Shown here: piece by piece, positions 1 to 7,659 of the stretch
How the letters are laid out: every line of letters begins with the position of its first letter
Numbering within the stretch: the stretch's first letter is position 1
Notes under the pieces: model-generated
The model's database searches: none
Seen by the model: the letters and a program-made list of their open reading frames with translations, nothing else
What the model was told of the DNA's origin: nothing
Program-made: the position numbers and the translations under genes
Source: an uncultured Eubacteriales bacterium
Lineage (GTDB): Bacteria; Bacillota; Clostridia; Christensenellales; CAG-138
NCBI GenBank assembly: GCA_902761365.1
Contig: CACWJZ010000012.1
Location: forward strand, 2,078-66,077
Direction of reading: 5' to 3'
DNA: 64,000 nt

Positions 1-1
1 G

Positions 2-85
2 GATTACTTCGACAAGAACAACATCCCCTACGACCCCGCCCAGTTCCCCGACGCCCCCTCCTGCGCCTCCTGCGAGATGCACTGA
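2..85 (+). CDS. 3' end of a gene truncated by the window edge; possibly a clostridial NifU/IscU-type Fe-S scaffold C-terminus
   Basis: Frame 2 reads DYFDKNNIPYDPAQFPDAPSCASCEMH* (TGA 83-85). The DY...Cys/His-rich tail resembles clostridial NifU C-termini, but only 27 residues are visible. Confidence 0.4.
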   Translation, partial: DYFDKNNIPYDPAQFPDAPSCASCEMH

Positions 86-111
86 CCATAAAAAAGAGCG
101 ATCAACAAATC

Positions 112-139
112 AAAAGAGCACGGGAAACCGTGCTCTTTT
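112..139. terminator. Bidirectional intrinsic terminator
   Basis: AAAAGAGCACGG-GAAA-CCGTGCTCTTTT perfect hairpin with A/T tracts on both sides, between convergent genes. Confidence 0.85.
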
Positions 140-152
140 CGTGTGGAAAGGA

Positions 153-1715
153 TCAGAACTGCCCGTAGATGAAGTCCGAGGCCGTGTAGCCGGGGCCGTA
201 GGCCCCCAGGAGCAGGCAGAGGAGAAGGAGCAGCCCGGCGATAGTCCAAAGGCGCGCCGGGGTGTTGAGATACCTGGTGCGGAAGGAGCCATCACCCTTT
301 TGGAGGGAAACGAAGAGCATCAGGGCCGCCATACAAAGGACGATGACCCACGCGCTCAGGGACAGGCCCAGGGCGTCAAGGCCCGAGAGCGCCGCGTCGC
401 CGTTGAAGACGGTGAACAGGGACGAGAAGGCCCGCCACACGCCCCCTGGGCCCTGGTAGCAGTCCCACAGGCGGATGAGGCACATGAGGAGGAAGGTGCG
501 CAGGATCTCAAAGGCCCCGTAGGCCTTCTTTTCTTTCAGACTCGGGAAGCGCCGGTGGAACCGGTCATACAAGGGCTTGAGGGTGAGGGAGAGGATGATG
601 ACCACCCCGTTGGTGAGGCCCCAGAGGGCGTAGTTCCAGCCCGCCCCGTGCCAGACGCCCGTAGCAAGCCAGGTAATGAGGGTGGCGGTATAGAGGGGCA
701 GACGGGACAGGAAGCTGTCGCCGAATTTCGTGCGGAGCCGCTTGGTCCACTTTAGGAAGGGCTTCGATACGTTCAGGGGGTAGAACACGTAGTCCCTGAA
801 CCAGCCGCCCATGGTCATGTGCCAGCGGGTCCAGTATTCCTCGATGTTTTTGGAGAGGTAGGGCCGATCGAAGTTCTCCGGCAGGATCACGCCGAAGAGC
901 TCGCCCACGCCCAGGGCCATGTCGATGCCGCCGGTGAAGTCGGCGTAGAGCCGCAGGGCGTAAAGGACCATGCCGAGGAACACCCAGCTCCCCCGGTAGT
1001 TGCCCGCCTCGGCCCCGAAGAGGAGCCCCAGGGCGGGGGCCAGCCGGTCCGCCACGATCAGCTTCTTGGCCGCGCCCCAGGCGATGCGCACCAGGCCCCG
1101 GCCCAGGCGGTCCATATCGAAGTCCGCGCCTTCGTACAGGGTTTTGCTCAGCATATCATAGCGGCTGATGGGCCCCTGGATCATCTGGGGGAAGAAGGAG
1201 GCGAAGAGGGCGTATCTCAGGAAATTTTTCTCCGGCGGGTACTTGCCCCGCTTCACGTCGATGAGATAGCCCACGGACTGGAAGGTGTAGAAGGAGATCC
1301 CAAGCGGCAGCACCCAATGGACCTCCCAGGGGGCGCGGAAGGCCGAGAGCAAAAAGCCCGTGTATTTGAGGGCCCCCAACAGGCCCAGGTTGATGAGCAG
1401 GCAGACCAAGAAGATCGCCGTGCGCCTGCGCCCCTCCCCCTTCTTATAGGCCCCCAGGGCCTCCTTGGTGAGCTCCGTTTTGTGCGCCGCCACATAGGCC
1501 TTCTGCTTCTCCAGGCTCCGGCCCAGGAGCCGGGCGGCGCCGTAGATCGTGACCACGGTAATGGTCAAAAAGGGCAGGTAGGCCCGGCCCGCCAGGGCAT
1601 AGAAAACCACGCTCCCCGCCAGCAAGGCAAGATAGCGGAAGCGCTTGGGCAGCACATAGTAGGTTATGAGCAGGGCCCCCACCAGCAGGAGGAAGCCGGA
1701 GGAAAGAAAGGTCAT
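153..1715 (-). CDS. MBOAT family O-acyltransferase (DltB/AlgI-like) with fused C-terminal FIYGQF motif
   Basis: Motifs LPLGISFYTFQ, FFPQMIQGPI, ENFDRPY, YWTRWHMTMGGWFRDYVFYP and GVWHG (catalytic His); polytopic. Start placed at ATG 1715 (MTFLSS), because the longer ORF begins at the edge of a REP-like element. Confidence 0.92.
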   Translation of the reverse strand: MTFLSSGFLLLVGALLITYYVLPKRFRYLALLAGSVVFYALAGRAYLPFLTITVVTIYGAARLLGRSLEKQKAYVAAHKTELTKEALGAYKKGEGRRRTAIFLVCLLINLGLLGALKYTGFLLSAFRAPWEVHWVLPLGISFYTFQSVGYLIDVKRGKYPPEKNFLRYALFASFFPQMIQGPISRYDMLSKTLYEGADFDMDRLGRGLVRIAWGAAKKLIVADRLAPALGLLFGAEAGNYRGSWVFLGMVLYALRLYADFTGGIDMALGVGELFGVILPENFDRPYLSKNIEEYWTRWHMTMGGWFRDYVFYPLNVSKPFLKWTKRLRTKFGDSFLSRLPLYTATLITWLATGVWHGAGWNYALWGLTNGVVIILSLTLKPLYDRFHRRFPSLKEKKAYGAFEILRTFLLMCLIRLWDCYQGPGGVWRAFSSLFTVFNGDAALSGLDALGLSLSAWVIVLCMAALMLFVSLQKGDGSFRTRYLNTPARLWTIAGLLLLLCLLLGAYGPGYTASDFIYGQF

Positions 1716-1748
1716 GGACGGTTTATCAACAGGCAGGGTTCGTTTCAC

Positions 1749-1818
1749 GGGAGGGGCAAGCCCCTCCCCTACGGGGAATTTGCCTTGCGGCGTTGTAGGG
1801 GACGGGCTTGCCCGTCCC
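1749..1818. repeat. Inverted pair of GTAG-type REP-like palindromes
   Basis: 1749-1772 on the minus strand reads GTAGGGGAGGGGCTTGCCCCTCCC; 1795-1818 on the plus strand reads GTAGGGGACGGGCTTGCCCGTCCC. The stems differ by a compensatory G-C to C-G change. Confidence 0.75.
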
Positions 1819-1820
1819 GT

Positions 1821-2054
1821 TTATTCGTTTTCGATCCGCTGGATCAGGGCGAAGAGGGCCCGGGCGCTGTTGAAGTTTTCGGGCACGATGTCCACGGCCC
1901 CCAGCTCCACGTCGTAGGTTTCGCTGAGCTCCGCCACGATGGAGACCACATCGAAGGAGGTCAAAACCTTGTGGTCGATGAGGCCCTCGGCGGTTTCAAA
2001 GTCGATGTCGGGATGCAGGTCCCGGAGGATGTCCAAAAGCTGTGCAAAGGTCAT
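1821..2054 (-). CDS. Acyl/aminoacyl carrier protein (DltC-like)
   Basis: 77 aa, acidic; LIDHKVLTSFDVV phosphopantetheine Ser motif and PENFNS tail; ATGA overlap with the upstream adenylation gene. Confidence 0.9.
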   Translation of the reverse strand: MTFAQLLDILRDLHPDIDFETAEGLIDHKVLTSFDVVSIVAELSETYDVELGAVDIVPENFNSARALFALIQRIENE

Positions 2055-3538
2055 TTTCCATACTCCTTTTGTTCGATGGCGCGCCGGTCGATCTTCCCGT
2101 TGGGGAGGTGCGGCAGTTCCGAGCGCTGCTCGGTCCGGCTGGGGGTCATGTACCCGGGCAGCTTCACCTTCAGGCCCACCACCAGGTCCCAGGGCTGAGC
2201 CGGGCCCGTGTAGAAAAGGTCGATCCGCTGCCGGTCCGCCACGTACATGCAGACGGCCTCGTGGACCCCCTTGAGGCTCAAAGCGGCGGCTTCGATCTCG
2301 CCCAGCTCCACCCGGTGCCCCATGTGCTTGATCTGCTGGTCCCGACGGCCCACGAAAATGAGGTCCCCGTTCTCGTCCAGGCGGCCGTGGTCGCCCGTGC
2401 GGTAGCAGAGCTCGCCGTGCTCCGGGTCCACGGGGTCCGGGATCAGGGCGGCGGCGGTGCGGACCGGGTCCTTATAGTAGCCTGCCATGACGCAGGGGCC
2501 TCCGATGACGATCTCGCCCTCCTTCGAGGGCTGCCCCTCGTCGTCCAGCAGGTACAACCTGGTGCCGGGGAAGGGCTTGCCCACGGGCACGGGCTTGGCC
2601 GGGTCCTGGGGCCCCGCCACGGGATGATAGAAGCTCATGCCTGTGCACTCCGTGGCCCCGTAGAGCTGGAAAACGCGGGCGTCGGGGCAGGCCTTCTGCC
2701 AGGCGGTGAGCTGCTTCACGGGCAACACCTCGCTGCCGAAGCACATGAGCTTGAGATGCTCGGGCACCACGGCGTAGAAGGTGCGCAGCCGCGACACCAA
2801 GCTGAAGGCCGAAGACACCCAGCAGAGGGCGTTGATCTGGCGCTCGTTGATGTACTGGATCAGGGACACCGGGTTCACGAACAGCTCCCGGGGCAAGAGG
2901 TACGCCGTGGCACCCTTCACGATCACGCCCAGAAGCTCTTTGAGCCAGGCGTCGAAGTAGAGGGGCGACTGGATGCCGAAGATCAAACTGTCGTCGAAGC
3001 TCAGCGCCTCGGGCAGGGTGGCCGCGTAGTCGAGAAGGCTGCTCTCCCGGATGCTGACCCCCTTGGGTTCCCCGGTGGAGCCGGAGGTGAAGACCACGTA
3101 GGCAAGGCCGTCCGCCGCGGATTCGTCCCGCAGCCGGTCAGGTCCGGGGAAGGCGGCCGCGCCGGTGTACAGCAAATGCTCCGCCGCCGGGCACAGGCCC
3201 TCCGCCGCGGTCAGGTTCTTCCGGTCCGTGAGGATGAACCGAGGGCACAGGGTGCGGACGATCCGATCAAGGCGCTCCCGGGGCATCTGCTCGTCCAGGG
3301 GCACGTAGAAGCAACCCGCCTCCAGCACGCCCAAAAAGGCGGCAATCTCCGGGGCGCCCCGCTCCATGAGCACGCCCACGGGCTCCGCCTTGGCGCCGCT
3401 GTGGCGGAGGCAGGCCCCTACGTTGGCCGCGGCCTGCCGCAGCTCCCGGAAGGTGAGCCCCTGCTCCCCGTCGGAGAAGGCCAGCTTGTCCGGCAGCAGG
3501 TCCGCCGTCTGATTCAAATAGGATAAGAAGCTTTTCAT
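2051..3538 (-). CDS. Stand-alone amino acid adenylation enzyme (DltA-like, AMP-binding)
   Basis: Core motifs YVVFTSGSTGEPKG, FDAW, LYGATE, YRTGD, GRRDQQIKHMGHRVELGEIE and NGKIDR; start at ATG 3538 (MKSFLSY). Confidence 0.92.
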   Translation of the reverse strand: MKSFLSYLNQTADLLPDKLAFSDGEQGLTFRELRQAAANVGACLRHSGAKAEPVGVLMERGAPEIAAFLGVLEAGCFYVPLDEQMPRERLDRIVRTLCPRFILTDRKNLTAAEGLCPAAEHLLYTGAAAFPGPDRLRDESAADGLAYVVFTSGSTGEPKGVSIRESSLLDYAATLPEALSFDDSLIFGIQSPLYFDAWLKELLGVIVKGATAYLLPRELFVNPVSLIQYINERQINALCWVSSAFSLVSRLRTFYAVVPEHLKLMCFGSEVLPVKQLTAWQKACPDARVFQLYGATECTGMSFYHPVAGPQDPAKPVPVGKPFPGTRLYLLDDEGQPSKEGEIVIGGPCVMAGYYKDPVRTAAALIPDPVDPEHGELCYRTGDHGRLDENGDLIFVGRRDQQIKHMGHRVELGEIEAAALSLKGVHEAVCMYVADRQRIDLFYTGPAQPWDLVVGLKVKLPGYMTPSRTEQRSELPHLPNGKIDRRAIEQKEYGK

Positions 3539-3558
3539 ATACATCCCCATTCCTTTTG

Positions 3559-3648
3559 GTAGTTTTGCCGGTTTCGCTTGCGAAATTGCTGCGCCGATCC
3601 GCAGCAAAGGCACAAACTACGGTAGGGTGAAAACAACGTTTTTCACCC
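3559..3648. repeat. Structured intergenic element: GTAG...CTAC-bounded three-way junction plus a GTAG-headed hairpin
   Basis: Outer stem GTAGTTTTGCC/GGCACAAACTAC encloses TTTCG-CTTG-CGAAA and TTGCTGCG...CGCAGCAA hairpins; followed by GTAGGGTGAAAACAACGTTTTTCACCC. Confidence 0.5.
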
Positions 3649-3655
3649 GGCCTCC

Positions 3656-4330
3656 TCACTGATCCACCGCCACCTGATACTCCATGAACGAGATCCGCCG
3701 GCCGTCGTCCCCGGCGTCCTTCACCTGGACGACCAGCATGGTCTGACCGCTCCGATAGGTGTACACGCCATTCTCGTCCGTGCCGCCCAGCAGATCCAGG
3801 AGCTTTTCCTCCTCGTCGAAGATCCTGAGTCCCTGGGGGATGGTCACGGTATCGTCCGTCACCATGATGACGGTGATCCGCGCTACGCCCTCCACCTCGT
3901 TCACCGTCAGCTGGACGCCGGGGTAAGCGTAGAACAGGTCCTTGCCGATGTAGGCGCAGCTGTCGGCCTCGAAGGCCTGCAACGGCTCGCCCAGGGCCGC
4001 AAGCACCGGCGCCGCCTCCATCATGGGTTCGATGCGCACGCCCCGATATTCAAAGTACAGGTCCAGGGGGGCTTGGGGCGCCTCCCCCTCCTCCGGGGCG
4101 GGCGATTCCGCGGGAGCTGGGGCCGGCTCCTGCTCCGGAGCCTGTTCCGGGACGACCGGGGCGTCCGTGGGGCTCGCCGCCGGGGCGGCCGTGGGGGCCT
4201 TGGCTGCGTTGGGGTCCACATAGACCACCCCCGGCTTCTGCGCCGGCGAGGTCTCTGTGGGGCCGCAGGCCGCCAGGGCCAGCAGCACCATGACGCTCAA
4301 AGCGAGCGCCGTCCATCTTGTACCGTTCAT
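3656..4330 (-). CDS. Lipoprotein of unknown function
   Basis: Signal peptide with lipobox LAAC, Pro/Ala/Glu-rich linker and a globular C-terminal domain; ATGA overlap with the upstream SGNH gene. Confidence 0.85.
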   Translation of the reverse strand: MNGTRWTALALSVMVLLALAACGPTETSPAQKPGVVYVDPNAAKAPTAAPAASPTDAPVVPEQAPEQEPAPAPAESPAPEEGEAPQAPLDLYFEYRGVRIEPMMEAAPVLAALGEPLQAFEADSCAYIGKDLFYAYPGVQLTVNEVEGVARITVIMVTDDTVTIPQGLRIFDEEEKLLDLLGGTDENGVYTYRSGQTMLVVQVKDAGDDGRRISFMEYQVAVDQ

Positions 4331-5376
4331 TCGTTCCCCTCCGTCCTTCTCTGTTTCTCCCGCTCGTATCGGCGGCCCAGATCCTCATACCGGGCGGCCG
4401 CCACCGGGTCCTGCCGCTGGTCCTCGATGAGCCCTCGCTCGCTCAAATATGCGCCCAGCCAGCGGGTGTACTTCTCCGCCCCGTAGACGTTCAGGTGGAT
4501 GCCGCCATCGTAGGTGTCGGTGGCCCAGTCGATCCCCATATCGTCCGTCAGCTTCATGGCGTTGAGGTAGGTCACGCCCTGGTCCGCGGCGTAATCTTCG
4601 AGCCAAGCGTCCCATTCCTCGTACCAGGCCGGATACAGGCAGGGGCCCTTCACCAAAATGAGGGCGATCCCCTTCTCCCGGCACAGGTCCACGATCCTCG
4701 TGAGATACTCTACCGGCTTTTCCCCAAAGTTCGCATCCTTCAGCAGGGGCGCCGCCGGCAGCCAGGTGAAGGGCACCTGCTCCGTGCGCATGAGGTAGCC
4801 GTGGTAGGTGAGCTCCGGCCCCGAGAACAGATACCGGGCGTCCTCCGCCGTGAGCTCGAAGATGCGGTCGTGATACCGGAGCAAAGGCACGTAGTAGCTG
4901 AGCTCGCTCTCCCCCTCCATGAGGGAGGCGCGGACCGCCTCCACCTTCTCCCGGCTCAGGCGCATGCCGTCCAAGGTCATGCGGTTGTAGGCCTCGTTCT
5001 GGGGCTCGGCGTACCGCAGGGAGCAGATGGACAGGACCACCGCTCGGGGCGTCTCAGTCTTCAGGGCCTCCCGCAGCAGGTAATAGCTCTGCCACATGAG
5101 CTGCTGGGCGCTGCCCCGGATGTAGCTGGTGGCGCCGTATTCCCTAAACAGGGTCACCGGGGAGAAGCTTTCGTATACCTCGCAGTCGCCGATGAACAGG
5201 ACCTGGTGTCCCTCCTTGGCGTGGGCATACCAGTTCTCCACCATGGACCCCTCCAGGGTGATGCCGGAGGCGTATTTGGGCCGCACCAGCCGCCCGAGGC
5301 CCCAGATGAGGAGTCCCGTCAGCACCAGCACGCACAGGGGCGCGAACCAATTTTTTCTCTTCTTGCCTTTCTCCAT
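4327..5376 (-). CDS. Membrane-anchored SGNH/GDSL-fold protein (DltD/AlgJ-like acyl transfer partner)
   Basis: N-terminal TM anchor; block I FIGDCEVY (Cys at the Ser position) and block V DGGIHLN (DxxH); GGAGG RBS before ATG 5376. Confidence 0.82.
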   Translation of the reverse strand: MEKGKKRKNWFAPLCVLVLTGLLIWGLGRLVRPKYASGITLEGSMVENWYAHAKEGHQVLFIGDCEVYESFSPVTLFREYGATSYIRGSAQQLMWQSYYLLREALKTETPRAVVLSICSLRYAEPQNEAYNRMTLDGMRLSREKVEAVRASLMEGESELSYYVPLLRYHDRIFELTAEDARYLFSGPELTYHGYLMRTEQVPFTWLPAAPLLKDANFGEKPVEYLTRIVDLCREKGIALILVKGPCLYPAWYEEWDAWLEDYAADQGVTYLNAMKLTDDMGIDWATDTYDGGIHLNVYGAEKYTRWLGAYLSERGLIEDQRQDPVAAARYEDLGRRYEREKQRRTEGNE

Positions 5377-5417
5377 AGCCTCCATTCCCTGCGCTCCAGG
5401 CGCCATTTCATTCCCTT

Positions 5418-7496
5418 CTACCAATCCCTCTGGAAGGGGACCGTGGGCGTGTCGGGATAGACCCTGTGGTCGTACCGCCAGAAGAAGTGGTACAAGCCGT
5501 TGGTTTCCTCCGTGGTGAGCATGAAGCACTCGAACCGGCGGCTGGGGCCGCTGTTCAGGGGGTCGAAGTGGTACCAGCCCGTGCCCACGTTCACCATGAG
5601 CCAATAGTGCCGATAGCCGCTGTCTCGTTGGATGAACATCACCTGAGCCCCCACGCCCTCCAGCAGGACGCGGGCCGCCGCGTCGTAGGTGAAGCAATCC
5701 CCGTGACGGCGGGTCAAGCCTCGCCAGGCCTCGTACTTCCAGTCCCGCTTGTTGGAGGTGTAGCCGAAGGTGAAGTTGTCGTGGACATATCGGAAGATGG
5801 CCCAGGCCTTCTGGCCCATGGTCATGTCGTCGGTCACGATCTTCGAAAGGACCTCCTGCACCTTGGCCTGGAGCTTCTCCTCGGACACGGTGGGTTTGAG
5901 GAAGTAGAGCCGCACCTTCTTCTGGGCGGTGTTGCCCGCCCGGTCCGTAGCCGTGTAGGTCACGTTGTAACCGCCGGCCTGGTACATGTTGACGGCGGCA
6001 TTGTCCACCGTGAGGGTCACGTCCTCCGGCTCATCGGCATTGTCCGTGACGGAGACCTGGGCAAAGTAGGCCACGGGCTCGCCCACGTACACGTACCGGT
6101 TGGTCGCGCCGAAGATCTTGGGCGGCTCCGTGTCCGGGACCATGTCCACCGTTCCCGAGATCTCGGTCCGGTTCCCCGCGGCGTCCACCGCCGCGATGGT
6201 CACGGGCTGGGGGCCCGCCTGGGACCAGTCGGGCTCCGTCACGTAGGAAAGGGTGATAGCCGTCTCGTCCTCCGCCGTCGCCAGCAGGTCCCTGGGGGAC
6301 TGGGGATGATCGAGATAGGCAGTGAGCGTCTTGAAAAACGACAGCCGGGGCGCGGTAGTATCCACCACGTACAGCCGCTGGATGCAGGGCTCCTCGTCCA
6401 CCATGGCGTTCACATCGTAGCAGCCCGGGCTCCGGGGCACGAACCGGGCGATCTTCACCTCGCCCGAAAAGCTTTCGTCCAGGGCCTTCTGCCGATCGGC
6501 CACCGTAGGCCCCGCCACGCTCCGGCGGCTGGCCTCCCACACCAGGGGCTGCAGATCGGAGATGAGGACCGTGACCTGGCCCTTGGTCGTGTTGCCGCCT
6601 GCGTCCGTGACGGTGACGGTCAGCTGCTGATAGCCCTGCTTCTGCCAGTCGGGGGCGGGATCGAAGCCGTAGGTCAGGGCGGAAACGTCGCTGGCGCTCC
6701 CCACCAGGCTCTCCGGCGCCAGGGCCTGGCCCGTCCGGACATAGGGGATCGTGTTGACGAAGGAACACACCGGCGGCACCGTGTCGGTGACCGTGAGGGC
6801 CGTCTCGTACACCTGGCCTTGGGCCTCCACCTCGATGATGTGGACCCCGGGCACGGCGGTGTCCACGGTGGTCACGTCCGTCACGAACCGGCCCGTCATG
6901 GTGTCGGTGGGCAAAAAGGCCGTCAGGGGCGGCACCGCCTCCCCCGCCTCGATGGACAGCCGCGATACCGGCCCCAGGATGGTGCAGACGGTCTCGACGA
7001 AGGCCACGTTTCCCGACAGGTCCTCCAGCCGGATGACGACGGGCCACTCCCCCGCCTCATGGAAGGTCGGCGCCTGCTCGAAGGACACGCCCACCAGCTG
7101 GGCGTCCGTAAGGTCCTCGATGAACCCGTCCGGCCCCAGCTCCTCGTCCACGCCCAACGTCCGGGCGACGCCTCGAGCCGTGGGGGCCGTGGTGTCCTGC
7201 TGGCGGACCAGGGCGATCCGGGGCCCGCCGCTGCCGGCAACCCGCACCACTGCGTCCCCGGGCCGGGTCCAGTCGATCTTGCGGGTGTCGAAGGCGTAGG
7301 ACGCCTCGCCCCCGTCCTTCATCAGGGCGGAGGCCGGCGGGCAACTGCCCGTCATCTCCCACACCGTCACAGGGCGCACCTGCCGATACAGCAGGAAAAA
7401 GGCGCCGACGGGCAGCCCCACCAGGAGCAACAGCCCCTCCAGCAGGAGCCAGAACCAATGGACCCTATGCACTTGTGGCCGTTCCGTTTGCTCCAC
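5418..7496 (-). CDS. Membrane-anchored protein with repeated Ig-like modules and a C-terminal transglutaminase-like (Cys-His-Asp) domain
   Basis: N-terminal TM; repeated DTTAP/DTVPP/DTEPP...D(A)AGN beta-sandwich modules; C-terminal GDCFTY, HYWLMV and HFDP triad motifs. Confidence 0.85.
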   Translation of the reverse strand: MEQTERPQVHRVHWFWLLLEGLLLLVGLPVGAFFLLYRQVRPVTVWEMTGSCPPASALMKDGGEASYAFDTRKIDWTRPGDAVVRVAGSGGPRIALVRQQDTTAPTARGVARTLGVDEELGPDGFIEDLTDAQLVGVSFEQAPTFHEAGEWPVVIRLEDLSGNVAFVETVCTILGPVSRLSIEAGEAVPPLTAFLPTDTMTGRFVTDVTTVDTAVPGVHIIEVEAQGQVYETALTVTDTVPPVCSFVNTIPYVRTGQALAPESLVGSASDVSALTYGFDPAPDWQKQGYQQLTVTVTDAGGNTTKGQVTVLISDLQPLVWEASRRSVAGPTVADRQKALDESFSGEVKIARFVPRSPGCYDVNAMVDEEPCIQRLYVVDTTAPRLSFFKTLTAYLDHPQSPRDLLATAEDETAITLSYVTEPDWSQAGPQPVTIAAVDAAGNRTEISGTVDMVPDTEPPKIFGATNRYVYVGEPVAYFAQVSVTDNADEPEDVTLTVDNAAVNMYQAGGYNVTYTATDRAGNTAQKKVRLYFLKPTVSEEKLQAKVQEVLSKIVTDDMTMGQKAWAIFRYVHDNFTFGYTSNKRDWKYEAWRGLTRRHGDCFTYDAAARVLLEGVGAQVMFIQRDSGYRHYWLMVNVGTGWYHFDPLNSGPSRRFECFMLTTEETNGLYHFFWRYDHRVYPDTPTVPFQRDW

Positions 7497-7524
7497 CGCC
7501 GCGCCTCCATAAATATACGTTCAT

Positions 7525-7553
7525 ATCATAGAAGAAAACGGCCCCCTTGTCAA
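7525..7553 (-). promoter_or_regulatory. Sigma-A promoter of the dlt-like operon
   Basis: Minus strand TTGACA (7553-7548), 17 nt, TATGAT (7530-7525). Confidence 0.7.
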
Positions 7554-7597
7554 TAAACCGGCAAAAGCTGACTTGTAAAAACATGGTGTCGGCCCCG

Positions 7598-7626
7598 TTG
7601 AAACCGGGCCGAAAAGGGCGTATACT
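7598..7626 (+). promoter_or_regulatory. Sigma-A promoter of the dipeptidase gene
   Basis: TTGAAA-17 nt-TATACT, then an AGGAGG RBS before ATG 7660. Confidence 0.7.
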
Positions 7627-7659
7627 GATGGGAAGAATAGCTATACAAGGAGGCCAGCC

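Noticed and set aside
1821-3538. NRPS or N-acyl amide secondary-metabolite cluster
   Set aside because: No condensation or thioesterase domain; the MBOAT with FIYxxF plus SGNH points to envelope acylation instead.
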